Source: a virus (lineage: Duplodnaviria > Heunggongvirae > Uroviricota > Caudoviricetes). Taken from it: a stretch of DNA of 17,538 nt. The translations under genes and the position numbers were made by a program. Every line of letters starts with the position of its first letter. Within the stretch, counting starts at the first letter, position 1. Positions 1 to 7,945 of the stretch are shown piece by piece. The notes below the pieces were generated by a model. It was not told the DNA's origin. It was given only the letters and a program-made list of their open reading frames with translations, and did not search any database. The stretch is from the IMG/VR virus record IMGVR_UViG_3300029079_000044. The stretch is one strand, 5' to 3'.

Positions 1-1789
1 CGCCTTCCATTTTCTCCGGATCATCTTCCTGAACTTCAACCTGATACTCTTCATCGAATGTTTCCTGGTATGTTGCGTCGCCCATTACCGCGCCACAATC
101 AGGGCAGTTGCCGCCGCCGGTCTGACCGCAGGCGGTGCAGACTTTTTCCACTTCCTGTTGCGCCACTGATTCAGGCTGTTTCGTTTCTGGCTCGTTTTGT
201 AACGCATTTGGGCTGTTTTGTTCCGCTTTTTGGTAGTTCCGTTCCGATTCATGCTGGTTCTGGTTCACAGAATCGCGGGTCTGGATCCCCTTAACCCATT
301 TCGGATCATTCGGGTCACTAATCCCTTCAACAAATTCACCACGTGATGCAGTAAGCAACTTATCGGCGTCAGGCTGGATGATATTGGCTGCCTGCATAAT
401 GTTGTTTACTTCGTCAGCGGTAACTTTCATCGGCTCTGGTTGTTCTGAATCTTCAGCGGTATCTACATTTTGCGGTAAGCCCGTGTATGTGCCATTTTTT
501 CGGGCAAAATATTCTTCTTTTGTGATTTCAGTGGCGCCAGCAGCCAGTGCCTTATCCAGACCAGAAAGTTTGTTTGCGCGACCGTATTTTTCTCCGTCCT
601 TATCTGCGAAGAGGAAATAGAACGGCCCCTCACGCTCTACAGATGGTTCAGCTTCCGGCGCGGTTTCATTTTTTGGGATATCAGATACCTCAGTTTCCAC
701 TGCATCAGTTTGTGTTTCTGATGACTGGAGAACATCAACAGTGCCCAGGTCTGTTTCTTCATTCTCAAACACGCCCTTTGTCGTCAGGTATTCGCAGATA
801 TATTTGTTCAGTGCTACGGGATCTTTGTGAATGTCGATCGGACGTTCACGGACAAGGCCAAAAATAGTTTGGCGGTCGTAGCGAAGGGCATCAGGCTGTT
901 TGCGCATTGATGCCGAGATACGCTTCCAGTCTTCGCGGTCGTTATCGATAACTTCATTTTTTGCCCAGCGATGGATGCTGCCGTCAATGTTTCCGGCATC
1001 CACATCACCAGGCCAGAGAGCGTAGGCCAGTTCGTCATCCAGTGTTTTCCATGTCTGCTTGTATTCGCGATGAATGGCAGCAATGACCGGGCTGATTTTT
1101 CCTGTTGAATTTTCAGTGTACTGTTGATTGGCTCTGGCGCGGGCGAGATCAACAACAGACGTGTATTTTCCGGTTTCCTTGCGTTCACCTTCGCGACGTT
1201 TTTTCCAGATGCGCATCTCTGCCTGAATTTCGGGCCATTTAGCACCAGGAATACATTTATGCTTAACCCACCCAATGGCGTGCAACTTAAGCTCCGGATA
1301 CATGGCGTTAACTTCTGGCATTTTCATCAACGCTTCAACGATATGTCCGTCGAATGTTGCCATGTCTTCCTGCAACAATTCCTGTGCGCTAATAACCATA
1401 TCAACGGTGATGTTTTCACATGTGTCGAACTTAACCATGACAGCGTTCTGTACTTCAGGGGCCAGCTTGTCAAAAGTGACGTTCATCGGATCGGATTCAG
1501 TCTCAACCGGGACAAAAGAAGCAGACTCCTCATCCCAGCGGTTTTCCTGCATATATTCAGCATCCCATGAATCGAGGGCAGGGCGGGGTATGCCAGGTTT
1601 ATCCTCGCAGACAATAAATTTATAAGCGCAGTCCTGAGCAGCCGGATAATGTTCCAGGAATTGCCAGTGAAATTTTGCTCGAGCACGGCGTTCGTCGCCA
1701 GCTTCAATGGCTGTAGCTACAGCCACAGCGCTATCTTCTTTTATGGCCTGTTCGTCAGGAATAGCAGCGCAAATAAAGATTTTACTCAT
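1..1789 (-). CDS. recE: RecE-like exodeoxyribonuclease VIII, N-terminal ~596 codons; the gene continues past the left edge of the window
   Basis: Uninterrupted minus-strand frame from ATG at 1789 ([14 protein letters not shown]...) to position 1; GAGG about 10 nt upstream of the ATG. Contains a [16 protein letters not shown] Cys cluster and an [26 protein letters not shown] segment that I recall from RecE. Absent from the ORF track only because no stop lies inside the window. Confidence 0.6.
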   Translation of the reverse strand, partial: MSKIFICAAIPDEQAIKEDSAVAVATAIEAGDERRARAKFHWQFLEHYPAAQDCAYKFIVCEDKPGIPRPALDSWDAEYMQENRWDEESASFVPVETESDPMNVTFDKLAPEVQNAVMVKFDTCENITVDMVISAQELLQEDMATFDGHIVEALMKMPEVNAMYPELKLHAIGWVKHKCIPGAKWPEIQAEMRIWKKRREGERKETGKYTSVVDLARARANQQYTENSTGKISPVIAAIHREYKQTWKTLDDELAYALWPGDVDAGNIDGSIHRWAKNEVIDNDREDWKRISASMRKQPDALRYDRQTIFGLVRERPIDIHKDPVALNKYICEYLTTKGVFENEETDLGTVDVLQSSETQTDAVETEVSDIPKNETAPEAEPSVEREGPFYFLFADKDGEKYGRANKLSGLDKALAAGATEITKEEYFARKNGTYTGLPQNVDTAEDSEQPEPMKVTADEVNNIMQAANIIQPDADKLLTASRGEFVEGISDPNDPKWVKGIQTRDSVNQNQHESERNYQKAEQNSPNALQNEPETKQPESVAQQEVEKVCTACGQTGGGNCPDCGAVMGDATYQETFDEEYQVEVQEDDPEKMEG

Positions 1790-1869
1790 TGTGTTTTAAC
1801 CTCATTACAGATTTCAGGGTGAACGAATCCCTGCCATTGCTGGCATATAAAAATGAAACTGGATATTAA

Positions 1870-2073
1870 TTACGGCGCTGTTTTTAATCCTGCCGGGATT
1901 TCGTTATTATCCTGGTGAATAACTTTATCGACCGGGTAACAGTTACCGGGAATTTTCTGTTCGGTTGCTGCAGTCACACACTCCTGCATTGTCCTGTGAA
2001 CACTGACTGCAATATCAACTGGCTCTCCGGAAACAAGAAAAACTGTCAGAACAAGTGCAAATGCTGTATTCAT
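1870..2073 (-). CDS. ydfD: YdfD-like small protein with hydrophobic N-terminus (67 aa from internal Met of the 85-aa track ORF)
   Basis: ATG at 2073 overlaps the dicB TGA stop (ATGA coupling); N-terminal hydrophobic stretch AFALVLTVFLVSG; position directly after dicB as in the Qin dicB operon. Confidence 0.5.
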   Translation of the reverse strand: MNTAFALVLTVFLVSGEPVDIAVSVHRTMQECVTAATEQKIPGNCYPVDKVIHQDNNEIPAGLKTAP

Positions 2074-2258
2074 TGCCAGCATCCTTTTTGTATCGGACGT
2101 AAACGGGCCAGCATTGAAAGAATGCATATTTTATTTAATAGCTCCCGTTCGTGTTTTCTCTTGTTAATGGCATCTTCAGTAAATACAGGGTTACTGATAG
2201 TGACACCAATTTCAAAACAACCTTCAGACGTATTAACGTTTGGTAATAACGTTTCCAT
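2070..2258 (-). CDS. dicB: Cell division inhibitor DicB (62 aa)
   Basis: Internal Met of the 2070..2363 track ORF gives METLLPNVNTSEGCFEIGVTISNPVFTEDAINKRK...; GAGGA 7 nt upstream of the ATG; lies immediately downstream of the DicF sRNA as in Qin. Confidence 0.7.
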   Translation of the reverse strand: METLLPNVNTSEGCFEIGVTISNPVFTEDAINKRKHERELLNKICILSMLARLRPIQKGCWQ

Positions 2259-2432
2259 TATCGCGTCCTCAACAATGAATTTTGTGATGCGGTGCCTGGT
2301 GCTTCCAGGTGACGTTAACCAGTTAACAATTAACGCCGGATACAGAGAATCCACCCATAACACTGTTTTTGGTTTTAACTGTTCCGCGTGCGCTCAGCCG
2401 CATTCACCGCATCACAAAATTCACTTTAAAAA

Positions 2433-2485
2433 GGGCGGCAGAGCAGTCACGGAGTAAAACTGATACCGCCAAACGTCACCAGAAA
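2433..2485 (-). ncRNA. dicF: DicF small RNA (ftsZ-targeting), 53 nt
   Basis: Reverse complement reads TTTCTGGTGACGTTTGGCGGTATCAGTTTTACTCCGTGACTGCTCTGCCGCCC followed by TTTTT, matching the DicF sequence as I recall it, including the GGCGG...CCGCC enclosing stem and 3' U-run. Confidence 0.8.
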
Positions 2486-2825
2486 ATTGATAACAGAGGG
2501 CGTTGCAGCGGGGTTGTCACTTAAGCGTATGGTCAACCTGACAACCCGGTGTCCTCAACGGGGAAGGAATAACCCCGCCATACTCACCGCCGCGCCATTT
2601 CGCGGATTGCCACAACCGGAAGCGCACGGTCGACGAAAATTTAACGACAGGCTATCTATGAACCAGCTACCTCGCCGTGCGCTTTCGCGTTATGGTCTGA
2701 CCTTTCAGGGAAATATCCTTTCAGTAAACTGTCTGTGCCGGATGCTCACCCGTGTCCGGCGCACGCACTCCACCTCATCCGTGGAGAACTCCTTAATTAC
2801 CAACCTTAGCTTCGTTGGTTAGCTA

Positions 2826-3044
2826 TTAACGCGGGTATGTAATCATTCTGGCAATGCTTAATGCCGCTGCTTTTTCCAGATTAGTGATATCCTGCTCCAG
2901 AGCGGACAGATTTTCAGCCTGCTTAGCCCTGGCTTCATTGGCCCATTTCAGATCCTGCGCTGCATTAATTTTCTGGTGCATCCACTCATAAAGTTCATCA
3001 TCGGTATAGTCTGGCGCGATGATGACGGGTTCTCGTTTCTGCAT
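2826..3044 (-). CDS. ydfC: YdfC-like small protein (72 aa)
   Basis: Track ORF; GAGGA upstream of ATG at 3044; size and position match ydfC of the Qin dicB operon. Confidence 0.55.
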   Translation of the reverse strand: MQKREPVIIAPDYTDDELYEWMHQKINAAQDLKWANEARAKQAENLSALEQDITNLEKAAALSIARMITYPR

Positions 3045-3073
3045 ACTGATTCCTCGCGGTGCTGTTTCGCTTA

Positions 3074-3202
3074 TCAGCCGTTAGATTTTGCCGAACTGGA
3101 AAGCGCCTGTTTAAATTCGTTGAAGCTGAGAGCTTCTTCGCCTTCGGCAAGACCTTCGAAGTATTCTTCGTAAGCCTTTTCCATGATTGTGTCGAAATCC
3201 AT
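3074..3202 (-). CDS. ydfB: YdfB-like small acidic protein (42 aa, MDFDTIMEKAYEEYFEGLAEGEEALSFNEFKQALSSSAKSNG)
   Basis: Hand-translated minus-strand ORF below the track length cutoff; AGGTGAG Shine-Dalgarno 7 nt upstream; abuts the ydfA-like stop; size matches ydfB. Confidence 0.45.
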   Translation of the reverse strand: MDFDTIMEKAYEEYFEGLAEGEEALSFNEFKQALSSSAKSNG

Positions 3203-3203
3203 A

Positions 3204-3359
3204 TCACTCACCTGAGTTTCTTTCCAGCCAGCGACGGGCACCATTTTCGGTTTTAAACGTTTTGCTTTTGTTATACGTCATCGCGGTGAACGTACCGTCC
3301 TGGTTGGGGAACACGCCACATACCAGAGATTCGCTGTTGCCAAGATCGATAGTATCCAT
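3204..3359 (-). CDS. ydfA: YdfA-like small protein (51 aa from internal Met of the 78-aa track ORF)
   Basis: Internal ATG at 3359 preceded by GAGG at 5-nt spacing; MDTIDLGNSESLVCGVFPNQDGTFTAMTYNKSKTFKTENGARRWLERNSGE; first gene of the leftward operon. Confidence 0.5.
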   Translation of the reverse strand: MDTIDLGNSESLVCGVFPNQDGTFTAMTYNKSKTFKTENGARRWLERNSGE

Positions 3360-3529
3360 GCTGACCTCATTTCCCCTTAACGCCGGGGTAGCGGAACAAA
3401 AACCTGCTGCATAGTTATTAAAGTTGAACCCTGCCGTCATGTTCTTACGCCTCGGGCTGGCTACTTAACCCCTGACCACTGCCTGGTAACTCGAAGTATT
3501 GCCCTGCATTCTGTGGGGCGGGGTGGTGG

Positions 3530-3585
3530 CAGGTATATAATGTACTTTGCGTTCATTGTTGTAAAGTACTTTTAGTACATTTTGT
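3530..3585. promoter_or_regulatory. OL/PL-like operator-promoter region of the leftward early operon
   Basis: Clustered AGTACT/TGTACT motifs (aatgtactttg; aaagtacttttagtacatt) plus a TATAAT-like block (gtatataatg) between the repressor stop and ydfA. Confidence 0.4.
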
Positions 3586-3655
3586 GTGTAAAAAAATGAG
3601 ATGGGATAAAGTGAAGCACAAACCCGGAGGAAGGCGCTACCGGATTTATGCTGGT

Positions 3656-4075
3656 TTAAGAGGCTTTTTGTTTTTTCTTTCGTGCTAACTCTTCGTAAAT
3701 TGCATTGTACTTCTGTTTTTTCTCTTCAAGAGTTTTTAAAAGTTCATCTGTCTCACTGTCAGGGAGCTCGTCCAGAAGGTCAATGATGATTTTTTGTCTT
3801 GGATTTAACTCCTGATAGAAACGTACCTGTCCACTTTCTTCTGTATCCTCTCCCAAAAGATAGGTTGGTGTTGTTCCTATTAGTGTTGCTAATTCCCTTA
3901 ATTTCTCCCGGCGAGGAATTGTTTCGCCATTAAACCATTTGCTAACCGCTTTTGGTGTTAATTTCATTCGACGGGCAATTTCTGCCTGCCTTCCATGTTG
4001 TTCATAACCAGCGTTTTCACAGGCTAGCGCAAGCCTACTGGCGAACTCTTTACGCGCTTTATCTTCATGAACCAT
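3656..4075 (-). CDS. XRE-family HTH immunity repressor (cI analogue, DicA/RacR-like), 139 aa
   Basis: Track ORF; N-terminal HTH-like segment (EIARRMKLTPKAVSKWFNGE) and acidic/helical C-terminus; divergent from the cro-like gene, with operator repeats on both sides. Confidence 0.75.
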   Translation of the reverse strand: MVHEDKARKEFASRLALACENAGYEQHGRQAEIARRMKLTPKAVSKWFNGETIPRREKLRELATLIGTTPTYLLGEDTEESGQVRFYQELNPRQKIIIDLLDELPDSETDELLKTLEEKKQKYNAIYEELARKKKQKAS

Positions 4076-4094
4076 AAGTTCAATGATATTCGCT

Positions 4095-4150
4095 CTTGAA
4101 TGTACTGTCAGTTCTGTTATAGCATGTACTCAAAGTTCACATTGTGAGGG
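4095..4150. promoter_or_regulatory. OR-like divergent operator-promoter region between the repressor and the cro-like gene
   Basis: TTGAAT -35-like hexamer, two ATGTACT motifs (4100 and 4126) matching the OL repeats, and a TCACAttgTGA palindrome. Confidence 0.4.
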
Positions 4151-4154
4151 TGAT

Positions 4155-4409
4155 ATGAACCAGAAAACACTTGAAGATGTAATCAAAACTGTTCGCGTTG
4201 CTGTTGTGGCCGACGTTTGTGGTGTCAGCCAAAGAGCAATCTATAAATGGATGGATAACGGAAAATTGCCTCGCACAGAATATACCGGCGAAACAAATTA
4301 CGCTGAAAAAATCGCTCTTGCATCAAACGGATTATTTTCTGCCGATGCAATTTTAACTATTGGCAGGAATAAAACTACTACGAAAAAGCTGATGGGAGTT
4401 GATTCATGA
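4155..4409 (+). CDS. Cro-like HTH regulator, YdaS/DicC family (84 aa)
   Basis: Internal ATG at 4155 preceded by GAGGG; HTH-like segment VCGVSQRAIYKWMDNGKLP; stop overlaps the next start (ATGA). Confidence 0.6.
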   Translation: MNQKTLEDVIKTVRVAVVADVCGVSQRAIYKWMDNGKLPRTEYTGETNYAEKIALASNGLFSADAILTIGRNKTTTKKLMGVDS

Positions 4410-4831
4410 AAATCAAGCATGAACACATCCGCATGGCGATGAATGCCTGGGCGCGTCCTGATGGCGAAAAAGTTCCAGCAGCTGGAATAACCCAGGCTTA
4501 TTTTGAGTTGGGTATGACGTTCCCAGAACTGTATGACGACAGCCATCCGGAAGCCCTGGCTCGCAATACCCAGAAAATTTTCCGCTGGGTAGAGAAAGAC
4601 ACCCCTGATGCTGTTGAAAAAATGCAGGCTCTGTTACCGGCGATCGAAAAGGCGATGCCGCCTTTGCTGGTGGCCCGTATGCGCAGCCACAGTTCTGAAT
4701 ATTATCGTGAGATCGTCGAACGGAGGGATCGGCTGGTGAAGGATGTCGATGATTTTGTTGCGTCAGCGGTTGTTTTGTATGACCAGATGAATCGCGGCGG
4801 CCCGGCAGGGAATGCTGTGGTGATGCACTAA
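4406..4831 (+). CDS. ydaT: YdaT-like protein (cII-analogue / putative toxin family), 141 aa
   Basis: Track ORF starting MKIKHEHI..., the N-terminus I associate with the YdaT family; translationally coupled to the upstream cro-like gene. Confidence 0.65.
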   Translation: MKIKHEHIRMAMNAWARPDGEKVPAAGITQAYFELGMTFPELYDDSHPEALARNTQKIFRWVEKDTPDAVEKMQALLPAIEKAMPPLLVARMRSHSSEYYREIVERRDRLVKDVDDFVASAVVLYDQMNRGGPAGNAVVMH

Positions 4832-4853
4832 AAGCACGGTGTTCGGGGGTTTT

Positions 4854-5816
4854 ATGAGCAGCAAGCTTCATGGTCTTGTCTGGGAAGGGTGCGCCTTCAC
4901 CGGCATGATCTTATCCAGGGTGGCGGTTATGGCCCGTCTTGCAGACTACAGCAATGACGAGGGCGTGTCATGGCCTGCCATTGAAACTATCCGGCGTCAG
5001 ATCGGTGCAAGAAGTGAATCCACAGTGAAATCGGCTATTGCAGAACTGGCGAAAGAGGGCTGGCTGACGAAGGAAGAGCGTAAGGTCGGTGGGCGTAATG
5101 TAAGCAATATCTATCGGCTTAATGTGGAAAAACTCGAAGCAGCTGCGGCGGCGGCGCGTGAGTCATATAAACCGAAAAGAAAAATTAGCCCGGCAAAAAA
5201 TGACCCGTTAACAGTTGACCCGTCAAATATTGACCCCTCAACGGTTGACCCGTCAAATTTTGATGGATCAACTGTTGATAAAAAACTGCCGATTAGGGGG
5301 GCGATGATTGACCCCGATCCGTCAGTATTAAAACCTGATCCGTCAGATAAAAGATCTTCTTGTCCGGACGCTTCGCAACCGGACCCGCAGACGGCTGAAC
5401 AGGATTTTTTAACCCGACACCCTGACGCGGTTGTGTTCAGTGCGAAAAAACGCCAGTGGGGAAGTCAGGAAGATTTGGTGTGCGCACAGTGGATCTGGGG
5501 ACGAATCGTGAGTCTTTACGAGCAGGCGGCCAGCGATGATGGCGAGATCACTAGACCGAAAGAACCCAACTGGACAGCATGGGCCAATGACGTTCGCACA
5601 ATGCGGATGCTGGATGGCAGAACTCACAGACAAATTTGTGAAATGTTTGGGCGTCTCCAGCGGGATTCGTTCTGGGTAAAAAACATCATGAGTCCGGCAA
5701 AACTCCGGGAAAAATGGGATGAACTGGTTATCCGCCTGGGGCGTTCGCCTGCGCAGCGTTGCGTGAATCACATTTCTGAACCGGACACTGAAATTCCGCC
5801 GGGCTTCAGGGGGTAA
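4854..5816 (+). CDS. Replication initiator, lambda O-like (winged-helix N-terminus, pentapeptide-repeat linker, C-terminal domain)
   Basis: Track ORF (4839 start; the ATG at 4854 is preferred because of GGGGG upstream); N-terminal helix-turn-helix-like region; DPxxV/DPSxI repeats encoded by in-gene iterons. Confidence 0.6.
   Translation: MSSKLHGLVWEGCAFTGMILSRVAVMARLADYSNDEGVSWPAIETIRRQIGARSESTVKSAIAELAKEGWLTKEERKVGGRNVSNIYRLNVEKLEAAAAAARESYKPKRKISPAKNDPLTVDPSNIDPSTVDPSNFDGSTVDKKLPIRGAMIDPDPSVLKPDPSDKRSSCPDASQPDPQTAEQDFLTRHPDAVVFSAKKRQWGSQEDLVCAQWIWGRIVSLYEQAASDDGEITRPKEPNWTAWANDVRTMRMLDGRTHRQICEMFGRLQRDSFWVKNIMSPAKLREKWDELVIRLGRSPAQRCVNHISEPDTEIPPGFRG
5200..5274. repeat. Five tandem ~15-bp-phased iterons (core TTGACCCGTCAA, internally palindromic TTGAC/GTCAA): candidate origin of replication inside the initiator gene
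   Basis: atgacccgttaa (5200), ttgacccgtcaa (5215), ttgacccctcaa (5230), ttgacccgtcaa (5245), ttgatggatcaa (5260); a further degenerate copy near 5308. Confidence 0.55.
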
Positions 5817-5856
5817 GTGTTAATTTCTGGTCATGAGGTAATTTTCAGGAGGGCTT

Positions 5857-6282
5857 GTGGCAAAAGTTTTTACACAAGAAGAGCGGGAGAAAATTAAAGG
5901 GCAGGTTGTTGAACTCGTACGCCAGAGTGGGCGCGAGACGTTACGACAACTGGAAACTAAAACTGGGGCAACAAGATATCTGATGAGCGTTCTGGCCAGA
6001 GAACTGGTTGCCAGTGGCGATGTATACAACTCTGGTTACGGGTTATTCCCGTCTGAACAGGCGCGTAAGGACTGGCAAAATGCTCGCAAAAAACTCTCAA
6101 GGGCAAAGGTGAAGAAACCTGCAGTGGTTGATCCGGACCTTATCTGGTCGTTACCAGACGGCGAAATACGCCGCTACGACAGGCGCCTGAATATAATCTG
6201 TCGCGAGTGCCGGAAGAGCGAAGCTATGCAGCGTGTACTGGCATTTTATCAAGGAAATGTTAGGTATTTTAGACGTTACTAG
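5857..6282 (+). CDS. Hypothetical protein (141 aa), basic C-terminus; possible DNA-binding
   Basis: GTG start with AGGAGG at about 5 nt upstream; track ORF; no recognisable motif. Confidence 0.5.
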   Translation: MAKVFTQEEREKIKGQVVELVRQSGRETLRQLETKTGATRYLMSVLARELVASGDVYNSGYGLFPSEQARKDWQNARKKLSRAKVKKPAVVDPDLIWSLPDGEIRRYDRRLNIICRECRKSEAMQRVLAFYQGNVRYFRRY

Positions 6283-6435
6283 ATTAAAGAGCATTAGTTC
6301 AGATGTGAATTGACATTTTCATGGCGCAGGGTAGAGCCAGCGTGGTTGTCCGCTTTGCGTCAAAACCAGATATTACCAGATTTAGACATATATTCCCGAT
6401 AGCCCTGCTCTGATGCTACACTCTGTGCTATTTTC

Positions 6436-7122
6436 ATGACCCCAATAAAAATATTTATGACTATTGCTGATTTCAAACGGCCTAAATTGGAGCTCCCAAA
6501 CGGGGCAAACAAACTACTACTGCACTCTTGCTGTGCTCCATGTTCCGGTGAAGTGATGGAGGCGCTTCAGGCCTCGGGAATCGACTACACCATCTTTTTC
6601 TACAACCCGAACATTCATCCTCAGAAAGAGTATTTAATTCGTAAGGATGAAAATATTCGCTTTGCTGAACAACACGGCGTGCCGTTTATCGATGCTGATT
6701 ACGACACCGACAACTGGTTTGAACGTGCCAAAGGAATGGAATGGGAGCCTGAGAGGGGGATCCGTTGTACCATGTGTTTTGACATGCGTTTTGAGCGGAC
6801 AGCGTTGTACGCTGCTGAAAATGGTTTCAGTGTGATCAGCAGTTCACTGGGCATTTCACGCTGGAAAAATATGCAGCAGGTTAACGAGTGTGGGCGGCGA
6901 GCTGTTGCGCATTATCCGGGTATGGTGTACTGGGATTATAACTGGCGCAAGCAGGGCGGCTCGTCCCGTATGATTGAAATCAGCAAGCGCGAAAAATTCT
7001 ATCAGCAGGAATATTGTGGCTGTGTGTATTCTCTGCGCGATACCAATCTACACCGCAAATCTCAGGGACGCCCTCTTATCAAAATTGGTCAACTCCACTA
7101 CGATAAAGAAGAGAAGGAGTGA
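6436..7122 (+). CDS. queH: QueH-like protein (DUF208; putative epoxyqueuosine reductase), 228 aa
   Basis: [11 protein letters not shown] motif near the N-terminus plus downstream RCTMCF and CGC Cys motifs, as I recall for DUF208/QueH. Start is uncertain because no clear Shine-Dalgarno precedes 6436 or 6457. Confidence 0.65.
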   Translation: MTPIKIFMTIADFKRPKLELPNGANKLLLHSCCAPCSGEVMEALQASGIDYTIFFYNPNIHPQKEYLIRKDENIRFAEQHGVPFIDADYDTDNWFERAKGMEWEPERGIRCTMCFDMRFERTALYAAENGFSVISSSLGISRWKNMQQVNECGRRAVAHYPGMVYWDYNWRKQGGSSRMIEISKREKFYQQEYCGCVYSLRDTNLHRKSQGRPLIKIGQLHYDKEEKE

Positions 7123-7154
7123 TTTTATGGAGCACCTTTCTTATTGATTTCATA

Positions 7155-7224
7155 TTGGCGAGGTAGCGGGAGTTAAGTAAAATTGCTGCGGGTGCTTGAG
7201 GTTGTCTGTCTCAGGCATCCGCAG
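7155..7224 (+). promoter_or_regulatory. Promoter-like element (TTGGCG, 17 nt, TAAAAT) followed by conserved hairpin motif copy A
   Basis: -35 at 7155-7160 and -10 at 7178-7183; hairpin 7186-7224 (CTGCGGGTGCTTGAGGT / loop / TCTCAGGCATCCGCAG) with G-U wobble pairs only on the plus strand; sits at the left boundary of the AT-rich cassette. Confidence 0.4.
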
Positions 7225-7330
7225 AAAAATCAGCAAAATGCTCGTTTTATGCACAATTGTAGGATGGTAATCTGATGCATAATTATTCGAAATAACATAA
7301 AATACTAGACGTGTAGGCTGTGGGGTAGTT

Positions 7331-7945
7331 ATGAGAGTAAATAAACTACATTTAGGTGCTAGAGTTTCGCTATTTATAGTGTCATACCTTCCCCTATTCT
7401 TTATCATGTGTTTTGTGCAATTGTATACTTATAGAAGCTATTTAAATTGGAAAGGTATAAGTGTTGAATCATTAACTATTTTCTTTAAATACTTTGGCGC
7501 GGTCAGTGTCATTGGTGTATTATCATTATTTGGTATTGTAGGATTAACAATTTTTTTAAAAAATATAAAACGTCGATGCGCCACTAGTGGTAGAACTGTA
7601 AGAGTTATAGATATTGAAAATAAAAACAATGAATCAATAAGCTATCTTTTTACATATATAATTCCGTTTGTATTTCAGGATCTATCCACTTTAACTAATG
7701 TTATACCTATAGCAATATTGTTAACGGTAACGGCTTTAATATATATTAATTCAAGCATGATACTTATAAATCCTACAATAAGTATTAATTATACTTTATA
7801 TCAAGTTACATATTTGGATTTAGAAAGCGACAAAAAACGCACTGGTATGGTTTTGACTAAATCAAAGTATTTGGAGGAAGATGATCTTCTTGATGTTGAG
7901 GACGTGGGCCCAAAACTTTTTTATGCTGAATCCCATAAGGAATGA
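7331..7945 (+). CDS. Integral membrane protein with about 4 predicted TM helices and an acidic C-terminal tail (204 aa); first gene of the AT-rich cassette, KwaA-like architecture
   Basis: Track ORF; hydrophobic segments LFIVSYLPLFFIMCFVQLY, AVSVIGVLSLFGIVGLTIFL, YLFTYIIPFVF, VIPIAILLTVTALIYI; GGGG upstream of the ATG; stop overlaps the next start. Confidence 0.7.
   Translation: MRVNKLHLGARVSLFIVSYLPLFFIMCFVQLYTYRSYLNWKGISVESLTIFFKYFGAVSVIGVLSLFGIVGLTIFLKNIKRRCATSGRTVRVIDIENKNNESISYLFTYIIPFVFQDLSTLTNVIPIAILLTVTALIYINSSMILINPTISINYTLYQVTYLDLESDKKRTGMVLTKSKYLEEDDLLDVEDVGPKLFYAESHKE

Noticed and set aside
547-1707. Several track ORFs in other frames across 547-1707 (547..867 +, 814..1275 -, 1124..1570 +, 1275..1625 +, 1483..1707 -)
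   Set aside because: All lie inside the long uninterrupted recE-like minus-strand frame, which has recognisable RecE-like sequence; they are shadow ORFs.
2487-2822. 111-aa plus-strand ORF between dicB and ydfC
   Set aside because: Antisense to the dicF precursor region of the leftward operon, with no Shine-Dalgarno; the region is better explained as the structured non-coding spacer from which DicF is processed.
4413-4871. 152-aa minus-strand ORF
   Set aside because: Entirely antisense to the YdaT-like gene; no ribosome-binding site; Pro/Ser/His-rich translation typical of a wrong frame.
5200-5274. Possible CRISPR-like array suggested by regular short repeats
   Set aside because: The repeats are 12-bp cores on a 15-bp phase inside a coding sequence with no unique spacers of CRISPR size; they are iterons and pentapeptide-repeat codons, not CRISPR.
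5409-5771. 120-aa minus-strand ORF
   Set aside because: Antisense to the replication initiator gene; no supporting signals.
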